DNA from: a virus
Lineage: Duplodnaviria > Caudoviricetes
IMG/VR virus record: IMGVR_UViG_3300020171_000030
Location: 1-60,523 of that record
Strand: one strand, 5' to 3'
DNA length: 60,523 nt
The notes below the pieces were generated by a model. It was not told the origin of the DNA. It was given only the letters and a program-made list of their open reading frames with translations, and did not search any database. A program made the position numbers and the translations under genes. This document shows positions 1 through 9,197 of this stretch, in pieces (the stretch's first letter is position 1; each line of letters begins with the position of its first letter).

Positions 1-577
1 AGCATTACTGCAAGAAGCTAAAAAACATTCCGAGATGTATGTTACATTTATGCAAGGCGCCGCGCAGGGAATGAAAGCTGCATTAGTTGACGGTTTCATA
101 AAAATTGCCAAAGGAGAATTTTCAGGGTTAAAAGATGTAGTGGTTGATTTCGGCAATATTATGCTTCAAGTAATAGCGCAGATGGCTGCAATTGGAATAT
201 TGAAATCGGTAGGCATGGCTGCTTTTCTTGGGGCTCATACTGGCGGATATCTTATGAATTTAGAGAACAGCTTTGGATATCGCAAGAAATTCCATTCCGG
301 CGGCGAGGTCCCGGCAACGCTCCTTGAGGGCGAAGGCGTATTAAACCGAAGAGGCATGCGCTCTTTAGGGGTAGATAATCTGAATAGGCTTAATCGCGGC
401 GAAGGTGGTGGTGTTGGTGGTGGAGATACAATAAATAATTTTTATATCCAAGCTATTGATGTAAAATCATTCAAAGATAGATTGGAACAGCATGGCGATA
501 TATTTAGTAATGCCGCTGCCGCTAATATAAGAGGTAACGGTGTGTTAAGAAAAGCAAGCCAGAGATTTCTTATTTAA
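1..577 (+). CDS. Tail tape measure protein, C-terminal part (5' end outside window)
   Basis: Ala/Gly-rich amphipathic segment followed by FHSGGEVPATLLEGEGVL, typical of TMP C-termini; directly upstream of the distal tail gene. Confidence 0.8.
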   Translation, partial: ALLQEAKKHSEMYVTFMQGAAQGMKAALVDGFIKIAKGEFSGLKDVVVDFGNIMLQVIAQMAAIGILKSVGMAAFLGAHTGGYLMNLENSFGYRKKFHSGGEVPATLLEGEGVLNRRGMRSLGVDNLNRLNRGEGGGVGGGDTINNFYIQAIDVKSFKDRLEQHGDIFSNAAAANIRGNGVLRKASQRFLI

Positions 578-643
578 AATGGCTAGAATATATACAAAAT
601 GTGTTAAATATCATGATATATTGAATAAACGAGGAGTTAAAAT

Positions 644-1609
644 ATGAGTTATTCAGATATATTTTCCTTAAATCCGGAATTTGGTCTAGAAGAAAGTATA
701 AATTTTCTGACCAACATTACAGAATCAGAAAGTGGTAAAGAATATCGGGATGCACTATGGGATGACGGCATAAGGGATTATAAACTTACCTGCCAGTTTT
801 TGACTCAGGCAGCGATGAACGAAATATGGCGTTTTTATATAGATAGGAAAGGTCCTTATGATTATTTTCTTATTAAAGTATTAACTGAATATGAATCCCT
901 TAGTGAAAATGCAGGTACTGCTGATAACAATGAAACTATATTTGAATTAGATTATTTTCCAGTTGATACAACAGCAAATCATTCCTGCACAGTTGGAGGT
1001 ATAGCAAATACTAATTATACATTAAGTAATAATTTTACTACTGAAAAATCATATATTACCTTTTCACCTGCCCCAGTTTCAGGAACTATATTAGTTAGTT
1101 ATGAATACTACATGAGAATGCGTTTTGCAGAAGATAAATTAAGCAGGAAGTTAGCGGCGTATCAATTATTGCATACCGGCATGATATTAAAAGAAGATCG
1201 TTGGTCTATTTATGTCCCGCCGAATACTACTTCCAGTTCTTCAAGTTCTTCAAGCAGTTTAAGCAGTTCCAGTTCTTCAAGTTCTTCAAGCAGTTTAAGC
1301 AGTTCCAGTTCTTCTAGTAGTTCAAGCAGTTCAAGTTCTTCAAGCAGTTCATCAAGTAGTTCAAGTTCTTCAAGCAGTTTCAGTTCATCAAGCAGTTCTT
1401 TTAGTTCTTCCAGTTCTTCAAGTTCTTCTAGTTGTTCTTTTAGTTCTTCTTCTAGTTCTAGTTCTAGTTCTAGTTCTAGTTTTTCAAGTAGTTCAAGCAG
1501 TTCTAGTTCTTCTAGCAGTTCATTCAGCTCAAGCAGCTCTAGTTCTTCTAGCAGTTCATTCAGCTCAAGCAGCTCTAGTTCTTCTAGTTCTTCTAGTTCT
1601 AGCAGTTAA
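644..1609 (+). CDS. Distal tail protein (DUF2460/GTA g12-like) with ~125-aa C-terminal poly-Ser tail
   Basis: TNITESESGKEYRDALW...FYIDRKG...F and RMRFAED motifs; position after TMP; Ser tract at 1232-1606. Confidence 0.75.
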   Translation: MSYSDIFSLNPEFGLEESINFLTNITESESGKEYRDALWDDGIRDYKLTCQFLTQAAMNEIWRFYIDRKGPYDYFLIKVLTEYESLSENAGTADNNETIFELDYFPVDTTANHSCTVGGIANTNYTLSNNFTTEKSYITFSPAPVSGTILVSYEYYMRMRFAEDKLSRKLAAYQLLHTGMILKEDRWSIYVPPNTTSSSSSSSSSLSSSSSSSSSSSLSSSSSSSSSSSSSSSSSSSSSSSSSSSFSSSSSSFSSSSSSSSSSCSFSSSSSSSSSSSSSFSSSSSSSSSSSSSFSSSSSSSSSSSFSSSSSSSSSSSSSSS

Positions 1610-1620
1610 AATGTATAAAA

Positions 1621-2484
1621 ATGTATAGTTTATCAGCTACATTAATAGCTATAAAAAATCAGATACAACATAAACCAGTAGAAATTTATGATCTTTATTT
1701 AGGATCTCAGGACGAAGAAGACTCTGATACATTACATTTCGTAAATTTTTACCGGATTACAACTTTTTTTTCTTATTTTGGGCATTCCGCAACAAACTAT
1801 ATCCCTCTAGGAGTTCAAAGAACAGCCATAAAAAAATCAGCTAGTGGCGAAATAGAACAAATATCCTTCAGGATTTGCAATATTAATAAAGCCATGTCGG
1901 CATATGCGGCATCAAAAAACTTCCGCAATAAAAGAGTTGTCGCCAGGTTAATATTCAGGGATCATATTTCTTCTTATTTAGACACTAAAATTATATTTGA
2001 TGGGTTTATCCAAAATATAAGTTTTCCGCAGAAAACAATGGATGCAACGGCTACCCCGAAAATCGGATCATTAAGTTTTGAGACAGGATGGCCATATCAG
2101 ATAGAATGCCATGCCAGGTTCGGAGATAGTTATTGCAAAGTAAATAAAGAACTGGCGGCTAATAAAGTAATCGGGACTGCTACCAATGATGGAACCACTT
2201 CTACTCTTATTGATACTGTTAACCTTACGCAGGCGAATGATTATTGGAATTGGGGATATGTTATTTTTACATCAGGGTTAAATGATGGTGAGTCAAGAAA
2301 AATAGTTGATTTTGATAATGCGACAAAAAAAGCTACATTTGATTATCCTTTAGATAATATTACTAAAGCCGGAGATGGTTTTATTATTTATCGCGGTTGC
2401 GATAAGACATTGAATATATGTACTACACCGTATACCAATACAGATAATTATCATGGATTCCATACAATCCCTTTGACAAAATGA
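1621..2484 (+). CDS. Baseplate hub / tail-tip protein (DUF2163/BR0599, lambda gpL-like)
   Basis: C..RFGD..C and GCDKT...C cysteine motifs plus NYHGF C-terminus; synteny Dit-hub-NlpC-J. Confidence 0.85.
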   Translation: MYSLSATLIAIKNQIQHKPVEIYDLYLGSQDEEDSDTLHFVNFYRITTFFSYFGHSATNYIPLGVQRTAIKKSASGEIEQISFRICNINKAMSAYAASKNFRNKRVVARLIFRDHISSYLDTKIIFDGFIQNISFPQKTMDATATPKIGSLSFETGWPYQIECHARFGDSYCKVNKELAANKVIGTATNDGTTSTLIDTVNLTQANDYWNWGYVIFTSGLNDGESRKIVDFDNATKKATFDYPLDNITKAGDGFIIYRGCDKTLNICTTPYTNTDNYHGFHTIPLTK

Positions 2485-2879
2485 GTTTTGACTTAAATCG
2501 ACTTATAGGAATTCCCTTTAAATTAAACCAGAAAGACTTCAGTGGGTGTGATTGTAGGGGTATATGTTGGCTTTATTATAAATATATAAAAAATAAAGAA
2601 TATCCATTTACTGATGGGAAAAGGATATTTTTTAGAAATAGGAAATATGATATTCAACGGATGATAGATGTGATAGCAACGTTTTCTTCTCCGGTTGAAT
2701 TTATTGATTTAAAAGAAGGGGATTTATTGCTTTTAAAAACACTTAATGGCATAGGTGCATTAGCTGTATGTATTAATGATAAACAGATATTACATATGGA
2801 TATTGTTGTAGGATCATGTTTGACTAAGTTAAAGTATCTGGAAGATTTATTTTTAGCGGGGTATAGACCAAATGTTTAA
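2481..2879 (+). CDS. NlpC/P60-family tail-associated peptidase (gpK-like)
   Basis: LIGIPF...GCDC.G N-terminal motif, GDLLL, ILHM; overlaps hub and J genes. Confidence 0.8.
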   Translation: MSFDLNRLIGIPFKLNQKDFSGCDCRGICWLYYKYIKNKEYPFTDGKRIFFRNRKYDIQRMIDVIATFSSPVEFIDLKEGDLLLLKTLNGIGALAVCINDKQILHMDIVVGSCLTKLKYLEDLFLAGYRPNV

Positions 2880-5800
2880 AAGATTAACAAAAATATTAAT
2901 ATTAATACCATTATTTATTTTATGCACTTATAAATTAGCGCATGCTGATCCTATAACTGCGATTATAACGACGATAATGGCTGTTGTTGCAACAACTATT
3001 ACAGGAACAGCACCGTTATGGATACCAATGGTGGCCCATATCATTGTATATAGCGCGATGATAGCCATGGTCGGCTTTTCTATTTATTCTTCGGTAAGAG
3101 CCGCCCAACAGGCAGATAAATTAAAATCCGCTGGAGGTTCAAGTTCTAAATATACAGCGCCGATTATAAATAATACTTTTTCTAATGAAGGCGTTGTCCC
3201 TATAGTGTATGGTGGGCCTATTCTTTTTGGTGGAAATTTAGTATGGCAGTCAGATCCGGGTACAACAGTCAAGAGATTTCTTTGCGTTTGTATTGGCGAA
3301 ATAACCAGTATTACTAATGTAAAGATAGATGACCAGTCGATAGGAGATCTCTCTGGATGCACCTATACTGCTTATCTAGGGACATCTACTCAATCAGTTG
3401 ATTCCCGCGGATCAGCAACCGTTAAGGGATTACGCGATGTCGCATATATAGCCGCTACAATAACTGCAGGAGATAAAGTAAGCAGCAACCCTACAATAAC
3501 TGCTGAAGTGGTCGGCCGTAAAATACAAACATGGAATTCTGCATCACAGAATTGGACTACTAATGCAATAACATCTTCAAAAAACCCTGCTGCAATAATA
3601 AGAGATTATATGTTATTAAGCAGGGTTTTGGGAGGGTGCGGTATCCCAGAATCATTTATTGACCCAGTTACTTTCGGAGAATTTTTTATGCAATGCGCTG
3701 CATTAATTGATAACGGAAATGGAGGTACGGAAGCAAGATATGAATTAGATATTGCATTAGATACCAAACATTCCGCATTAGATAATCTCGATAAATTACT
3801 TATTACTTGTAATGCTAAAATTATACATAGCGGTGCACTTTATAAAATAGCATTTGAAAAAGCAGGCGAAACTGCTGTAATGGCATTTACAGAAGATAAT
3901 ATCACTAAAGGAACTTTTGTTTATGGATACGGCAAAACGGATTCCATGCCGAATAGGGTAGGCGTTGAATGGATTTCCGCATTAGAATCCAAAAATCCTA
4001 AACGTGTTGCTTGGGCAGAAGATGAGTTGGATCAGGATATTAGAGGAGCTATAGAAGATAAGATTGAATGTTATGGGATAATCAGGCAATCGCAGGCTTC
4101 CAGATTAGCGAATAAATTTTTATATGAAGGGAAACTCGCGGATATATGGTGTGAATTTGAATGTAATATGTCAGCCATGCACTGCGAGCCGTTTGATGTT
4201 GTTTCAGTAACGCATTCCCGGCCAAACTGGACTGCCGCATTATTCAGGATTGTCGGAACAGAAGAAAAAGATTTTGGTAAAGCTAAATTTTCATGTCAAG
4301 CATATAATTCCTCTATTGTTGATGACAGACATGGTTCATCTTTTGACGATTGGGATTATGGGTCTCCATCTAACCCCTTTGCGTCTGTTACAGAGGTTAG
4401 CAATATAATATTAACAGAAGTAGGATGGTTGAATCCTGATGGAACATGGATATCGCATATAGATGTTTCATGGACTAAACCTATCAGCAAACTTGATCTT
4501 TTGGATTCTTATATTATTGAGTTAAAAAAGGGAACAGATAGTTATATAATCGTTGGTTCTGCACCGGCTTCTGCTACGGAATACCGGATTAATATAAACT
4601 TAGAGACTGATGAAATTTATTATATTCGTATTAAAACAAAATCAATAAATAGTATTATATCTAATGGAACAATTTCAGCAGTATTAAAACTTACTGGTAA
4701 AGAATCTCTACCTGACAATGTTTCCGGTTTCGCCTATACATTTACGAATGAACTTGTTTTCAAGTGGAATAAAAATGATGATTTAGATTTAGCGGGATAT
4801 GAAATCCGAACAGAAGATGCTAATTGGGGTATCCAAAGTGCAACTCTTATTTATCGGGGATTAAGCAATACATTTACTATCATTAAACCTGCATCAAGAA
4901 CTCCCGGTGTTTATTATATCAAAGCTTATGATAATTCAGGAAATTATTCTTTTAACGCACAATTTGTTTCACCTACTAACGCCGCGCCAATAGCGCCAAT
5001 TATTACAATGACACAATGGTTTGGTTTTGCTAAAATTCAATGGACTGATGTTGCTGATACTGATTTATTATATTATCAAGTGTATAAATCAGATACTAAT
5101 GCTTGGGCTGGTGAAGAAACATTGGAAGCGGTAGTATCTGGAACAGCGGTAACAGTTCAAGGCAAAGCGCCGGTTGATGTGATGGCCGATGTTGTTGACG
5201 CTACAAGCATTATTGACGCTGATATAATTGCTAAGGGAGTTAATTATTTTGTAGGAGATAGAATCGAACAGACTTCTGGAATTTATAACGGGCAGAAAAC
5301 TACGATTACAGCATTTGATACCGCTATAGGAAAAGTATCTGTAGCAAGTTGGCCATCAGGAACACCTTCAATAGGAGATAAATTTGTATTAAAAGATAGG
5401 GCATATTTTATGGTAAGAGGTGTAGATACTTATGGTGCCGGAGTATTTTCTTCTACAACAACAATAGATTTTACTCCATTATCAGAATCGGAAATAGGAG
5501 ATGCAATAATAAGTGCTAGAAAGCTTATTGCCGGAGAAGTTATTACTTTATCGGCGCAGATAAAAGATGCTATTATAACAAATGCTAAAATTGTATCTTT
5601 GACCGCCGATAAGATTATAACTGGTACATTATCTGCTACTGAAGAGATAGATATCGGAAATAATATGATAATAGACGGCGACGGTAATATAAGAGTCTAT
5701 GCCGATACCGTATATATACAAACCAATATTAATGACCATATAGACTTTAAAGAAAATGGCGGTGCAGAACTTACTGCTAACTTGACTCCTACCACATATT

Positions 5801-6075
5801 ATACTCCAACACAACTGGCGGCAGAAATACAAACAGCTTTAATAGCAGCAGGAGATAATAATTATGTTGTAACATATAATTCTACTACAAGAAAAATAAC
5901 TATCGCTAATGCTAGTTTAACAACACTATCAATATTATGGAATTCTGGAACTAATGCTCGATTAAATGCGGCCGGAGCCGCAGGATTTAATACTACCGCC
6001 GATGATACTGGCGCTTTGACATATACAGGAGATAACGAAGTAGCGTTAAGAGTTTTATTGGGTAAATTATCATGA
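2872..6075 (+). CDS. Tail tip / host-specificity protein (gpJ-like) with FN3-like domains
   Basis: VPIVYG, NPAAIIRDYML, FN3-type W...Y.I.IK repeats, ITNAKI..LTADKIITG beta-helix repeats; 1067 aa. Confidence 0.85.
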   Translation: MFKRLTKILILIPLFILCTYKLAHADPITAIITTIMAVVATTITGTAPLWIPMVAHIIVYSAMIAMVGFSIYSSVRAAQQADKLKSAGGSSSKYTAPIINNTFSNEGVVPIVYGGPILFGGNLVWQSDPGTTVKRFLCVCIGEITSITNVKIDDQSIGDLSGCTYTAYLGTSTQSVDSRGSATVKGLRDVAYIAATITAGDKVSSNPTITAEVVGRKIQTWNSASQNWTTNAITSSKNPAAIIRDYMLLSRVLGGCGIPESFIDPVTFGEFFMQCAALIDNGNGGTEARYELDIALDTKHSALDNLDKLLITCNAKIIHSGALYKIAFEKAGETAVMAFTEDNITKGTFVYGYGKTDSMPNRVGVEWISALESKNPKRVAWAEDELDQDIRGAIEDKIECYGIIRQSQASRLANKFLYEGKLADIWCEFECNMSAMHCEPFDVVSVTHSRPNWTAALFRIVGTEEKDFGKAKFSCQAYNSSIVDDRHGSSFDDWDYGSPSNPFASVTEVSNIILTEVGWLNPDGTWISHIDVSWTKPISKLDLLDSYIIELKKGTDSYIIVGSAPASATEYRININLETDEIYYIRIKTKSINSIISNGTISAVLKLTGKESLPDNVSGFAYTFTNELVFKWNKNDDLDLAGYEIRTEDANWGIQSATLIYRGLSNTFTIIKPASRTPGVYYIKAYDNSGNYSFNAQFVSPTNAAPIAPIITMTQWFGFAKIQWTDVADTDLLYYQVYKSDTNAWAGEETLEAVVSGTAVTVQGKAPVDVMADVVDATSIIDADIIAKGVNYFVGDRIEQTSGIYNGQKTTITAFDTAIGKVSVASWPSGTPSIGDKFVLKDRAYFMVRGVDTYGAGVFSSTTTIDFTPLSESEIGDAIISARKLIAGEVITLSAQIKDAIITNAKIVSLTADKIITGTLSATEEIDIGNNMIIDGDGNIRVYADTVYIQTNINDHIDFKENGGAELTANLTPTTYYTPTQLAAEIQTALIAAGDNNYVVTYNSTTRKITIANASLTTLSILWNSGTNARLNAAGAAGFNTTADDTGALTYTGDNEVALRVLLGKLS

Positions 6076-6422
6076 GCGAATACGGACTATTATTAAACAA
6101 TAACAAAGGAGAAAGAGTCTTTTCCACAGAAGATAGAGGTTTGTTGCGTACTAGTCAATATGGAGACATTACAGTCCCACACGCAACTGAATTAGATGGT
6201 GATTGGACAAATGGTGAAATTTTAGTAAATATAACACCGACTGCAAGCCGTATATTACTTGCTTGGACTAACATAGATTCAATATCTACCAACCAAAAGA
6301 TAACGGTAATGCCTTCGCATTTTAATGCGGCTAATGAGATTGACCAACTTATATTAACTAATATGCATCAAACTGATGATACATTGGTAAGATGGATAGT
6401 ATTTAAATATGATGAGAGATAA
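6072..6422 (+). CDS. Putative minor tail-tip protein
   Basis: Overlaps J stop; N-terminus MSEYGLLLNNNKG resembles that of the next ORF. Confidence 0.5.
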   Translation: MSEYGLLLNNNKGERVFSTEDRGLLRTSQYGDITVPHATELDGDWTNGEILVNITPTASRILLAWTNIDSISTNQKITVMPSHFNAANEIDQLILTNMHQTDDTLVRWIVFKYDER

Positions 6423-6425
6423 AAT

Positions 6426-7121
6426 ATGAGTGAGTTTGGGCTATTAGTAAAAAATCAATATGGTAATATACATACTAATGTATTAGCAGAAGCCCCTACT
6501 ATAATTGCTTTTGGATATGGGAATATTGCCGCTAGCGGGAGTATTTATGGAAATATAGGAGCACCAGCAAAAAATGCCATTGGTTTTTATCACGCAGATT
6601 CTTATGCCTCTCCTGCTATGAAATGGTATGGAGATGGTTATGTAAGAATATATCAAAGATTTTGGAAAGTCAGTTCTAAAATATATTTTATAATAGGGCA
6701 ATATGGTCCTGGACAATTAGTTACCACGGATGCTTTTGGGATAAGGAATAATAATATCTTTCAAAATAAATCCATAACCTCTGATCTTCCTCATTTTGTA
6801 ATAGGAACAGCGGTAATACTCACTAAAACTTATGAGACGACAGAGGGACCTTTCGATGATTTTTTATGGGGTGATTCTGCTGCGTTCAATTATTTTTATA
6901 TTCCTTTTGTTGATATCAACCCAGCTGTATTCATGGATTCGATTGCCACGGTAGATGAAATAGAAAGAAGAATACAAGTGGCACACATATGGAGAAATAA
7001 CGCAACAGCTCTAGATTTAGGTTTATATGCCACTATTGATAAATATTGGACTTTGTTAGGGGGTACACAAGACACATTAATTACTCTCATAAAAGGAATA
7101 TCTGGTATCTATGGAGGATAA
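6426..7121 (+). CDS. Putative minor tail-tip / receptor-binding protein
   Basis: N-terminus MSEFGLLVKNQYG similar to upstream ORF, with an internal second copy (DAFGIRNNNIF); aromatic-rich. Confidence 0.5.
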   Translation: MSEFGLLVKNQYGNIHTNVLAEAPTIIAFGYGNIAASGSIYGNIGAPAKNAIGFYHADSYASPAMKWYGDGYVRIYQRFWKVSSKIYFIIGQYGPGQLVTTDAFGIRNNNIFQNKSITSDLPHFVIGTAVILTKTYETTEGPFDDFLWGDSAAFNYFYIPFVDINPAVFMDSIATVDEIERRIQVAHIWRNNATALDLGLYATIDKYWTLLGGTQDTLITLIKGISGIYGG

Positions 7122-7394
7122 ATGTTTGATAAGAAAGAATATTTAGAAATAACTAAACTCAATTTAGATAAAGATAAACAAGGCATTTCTTTTAACCTTG
7201 ACAAAAAATATAAAGACTTATATCATAATAGAGGCAACAAAATTATATCTGGAGAAGAAGGACTGATTTTAACCAATGGCAAAGAAACCCATATCATTAC
7301 AAGCATAGTCGGAGACAATTTAGTTCTTGATAAACCGATAAAAAACAGCAGTTCATTCACGCTTAAAATAAACAGGATATTAAAATTGAAATGA
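7122..7394 (+). CDS. Hypothetical protein
   Basis: GGAGG RBS; abuts upstream gene. Confidence 0.55.
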   Translation: MFDKKEYLEITKLNLDKDKQGISFNLDKKYKDLYHNRGNKIISGEEGLILTNGKETHIITSIVGDNLVLDKPIKNSSSFTLKINRILKLK

Positions 7395-7555
7395 AAATAT
7401 TTTTAATAGCACTATTATTAAGTATTGCAATATTATCAGGATGCGCTACTTTAACACCAACAGAAAGATTGGTATGGGATAGTTATTTTGAACAAATGGA
7501 AAAGGCACGTCAGATTGATATTAGGTTTTTATTGGAGAATCCAAAACAATATTGA
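7391..7555 (+). CDS. Small lipoprotein (54 aa; not in ORF track)
   Basis: Read by hand: MKIFLIALLLSIAILSGCATLTPTERLVWDSYFEQMEKARQIDIRFLLENPKQY; signal peptide with LSGC lipobox; ATGA overlap with upstream stop. Confidence 0.7.
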   Translation: MKIFLIALLLSIAILSGCATLTPTERLVWDSYFEQMEKARQIDIRFLLENPKQY

Positions 7556-7556
7556 T

Positions 7557-7748
7557 ATGTTAAAAATAAGTCCTACAACTCAACTGGATATTTTTGAAAC
7601 AGTATTTCTAACACTACTAGAACATCCGTCAATGAGGTGGCGCCTTAAAGCTATACTTGAGTCCCGGGATAGAGTGGATAATGCGGAGTTGGATTTAAAG
7701 TTAAGGAAACTTGAGCTTGAACTTTTACAAAATCAGAAAGGAGAGTGA
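7557..7748 (+). CDS. Hypothetical protein (likely start MLKISP)
   Basis: ATG 1 nt after lipoprotein stop; same frame as listed ORF 7488-7748. Confidence 0.5.
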   Translation: MLKISPTTQLDIFETVFLTLLEHPSMRWRLKAILESRDRVDNAELDLKLRKLELELLQNQKGE

Positions 7749-7749
7749 A

Positions 7750-7983
7750 ATGAAAATATTAAAATGGATAGCAATATTTCTTCCTACAATATTGGGAATT
7801 TTGGAAGCATTCCTGAAATTCGTAAAAGAGGTATTGACTTTAGTTGTAGATATTCTATTCCCAATAATACCTATCGCTAAATTCAAGGTAATTGTTACAG
7901 CGATGCGTGGTGGCGTGGATAAAATATCTGATTGGCTGAGCAAGAATAAAGAAAAGATACTCGCATATTTAAAGCTAATATGA
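7750..7983 (+). CDS. Holin-like membrane protein
   Basis: AGGAG RBS then MKILKWIAIFLPTILGIL...; hydrophobic segments, basic C-terminus; end of late operon. Confidence 0.45.
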   Translation: MKILKWIAIFLPTILGILEAFLKFVKEVLTLVVDILFPIIPIAKFKVIVTAMRGGVDKISDWLSKNKEKILAYLKLI

Positions 7984-8255
7984 ATCCTTTAATTTTAAGC
8001 GGGGTAAATATAATTTATCACAATATCCGCAGATTTGCGGGAGTGATATTGATAGCAGTAGTGCTTATTGGGGGGCCTTACTTACTTTATAGAAAAGGTT
8101 ATAATAAGGGTTATCAGGCTGGCTATTCCGCAGCAATAAAAGAAAGACCTACCTATGGGCAAGTAGGGACAGTAGTTAATGAAGCTCCAGATGGATATAA
8201 GATATTAGGGGTAAGAGTAAATATCTGGAAGTTTAGATTAGGATTAGGGATTTAA
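7980..8255 (+). CDS. Membrane protein, possible i-spanin-like
   Basis: One TM helix followed by YRKGYNKGYQAGY repeat; last gene of late operon. Confidence 0.4.
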   Translation: MNPLILSGVNIIYHNIRRFAGVILIAVVLIGGPYLLYRKGYNKGYQAGYSAAIKERPTYGQVGTVVNEAPDGYKILGVRVNIWKFRLGLGI

Positions 8256-8272
8256 ATCTCGAAACCTAGGAT

Positions 8273-8318
8273 AAAAAATATCGCAGAAAAATTATAACTT
8301 CTGCGGTATTTTTTTTTA
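8273..8318. terminator. Bidirectional rho-independent terminator
   Basis: AAAAAATATCGCAGAA...TTCTGCGGTATTTTTTTTT inverted repeat with A and T tails, between convergent gene arms. Confidence 0.8.
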
Positions 8319-8399
8319 TAAATCCTAAAATCAGATATGTAAAAATCTATTATATTGTTTTTTGCGTTTCTGTGGGTATGCTACTTGCCCCAGCCCTAA

Positions 8400-8660
8400 C
8401 TACCCTATTTTATTCAAGGAACGTAGATATGCTTGCTTGCCAGCGTTCTCCCTTGATGTAAGTCCTTGATATTTAAGAAGTTGACTATATTTTTCACCAA
8501 TCCTTTTTCGAGTAGGCTTATGGGCCTTACATTTTTCTTCATTTTTGAGCCCAAAACGTTCTTTTCCACCTATTGTTGAGGCTTCTGGATCTAATGGACA
8601 ATTGTTGCAAGAACACGCTTCAAAACTAGGACATTCGCGGTAAGGCATTCTATTTAACAT
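8400..8660 (-). CDS. Cys-rich hypothetical protein
   Basis: CPSFEACSCNNCPLDP motif. Confidence 0.55.
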   Translation of the reverse strand: MLNRMPYRECPSFEACSCNNCPLDPEASTIGGKERFGLKNEEKCKAHKPTRKRIGEKYSQLLKYQGLTSRENAGKQAYLRSLNKIG

Positions 8661-8913
8661 TTTCTTTCCTTTCTTTTTTAATTGCTATGTTTGGGCTATA
8701 TTTGCTTCTCGGCTGGTATTTCTTAGGCAATCCGCCATAAGACAGATTTTTCATATCTTTTCTAGTCAATGGTTTATTTATCGATTTTTCTTTCGCATGT
8801 TTGCCGCATACGTATCCGATAATACTACTATCTTTCTTATCTCGTATCACGGCAGGGAAATGTTTCGAATCAGCAGTATGGCTTTCACCACAGAGTTTAC
8901 AACGTAATTTCAT
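8650..8913 (-). CDS. Putative Zn-binding hypothetical protein
   Basis: CxxC...CxxH; overlapping start and stop with neighbours. Confidence 0.55.
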   Translation of the reverse strand: MKLRCKLCGESHTADSKHFPAVIRDKKDSSIIGYVCGKHAKEKSINKPLTRKDMKNLSYGGLPKKYQPRSKYSPNIAIKKERKENVK

Positions 8914-9197
8914 ATTTTCGGCACCTCTCTTTCATTTGTTTCTGTCCCATTTGTTAGTAGGATATACTTTAAATCTTCCGGCGAAACATATCCGCGGCCT
9001 TTCCGGTAGAATTTTGCTTTGGGGCAGTTGGAAAAATGTGAGATATAAGCACCGTCTTTATCTTGGCAAATTGGCATTTTCTTCCCGTTTTCAGTTGAAG
9101 CCCACCAGATTTTTTTATGGCACCCTCTACATTTTCCGTGATCTAATTCGAAATCGACCCAGACTTTTGCTCCACCCTTAAGTATTAAAATAGTCAT
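8910..9197 (-). CDS. Zn-binding phage hypothetical protein
   Basis: CRGC..IWW..T.NGK.MP...SHF.NCP pattern. Confidence 0.6.
   Translation of the reverse strand: MTILILKGGAKVWVDFELDHGKCRGCHKKIWWASTENGKKMPICQDKDGAYISHFSNCPKAKFYRKGRGYVSPEDLKYILLTNGTETNEREVPKI

Noticed and set aside
7488-7556. TTG-start extension of ORF 7488-7748
   Set aside because: Overlaps the lipoprotein gene; ATG 7557 is the better start
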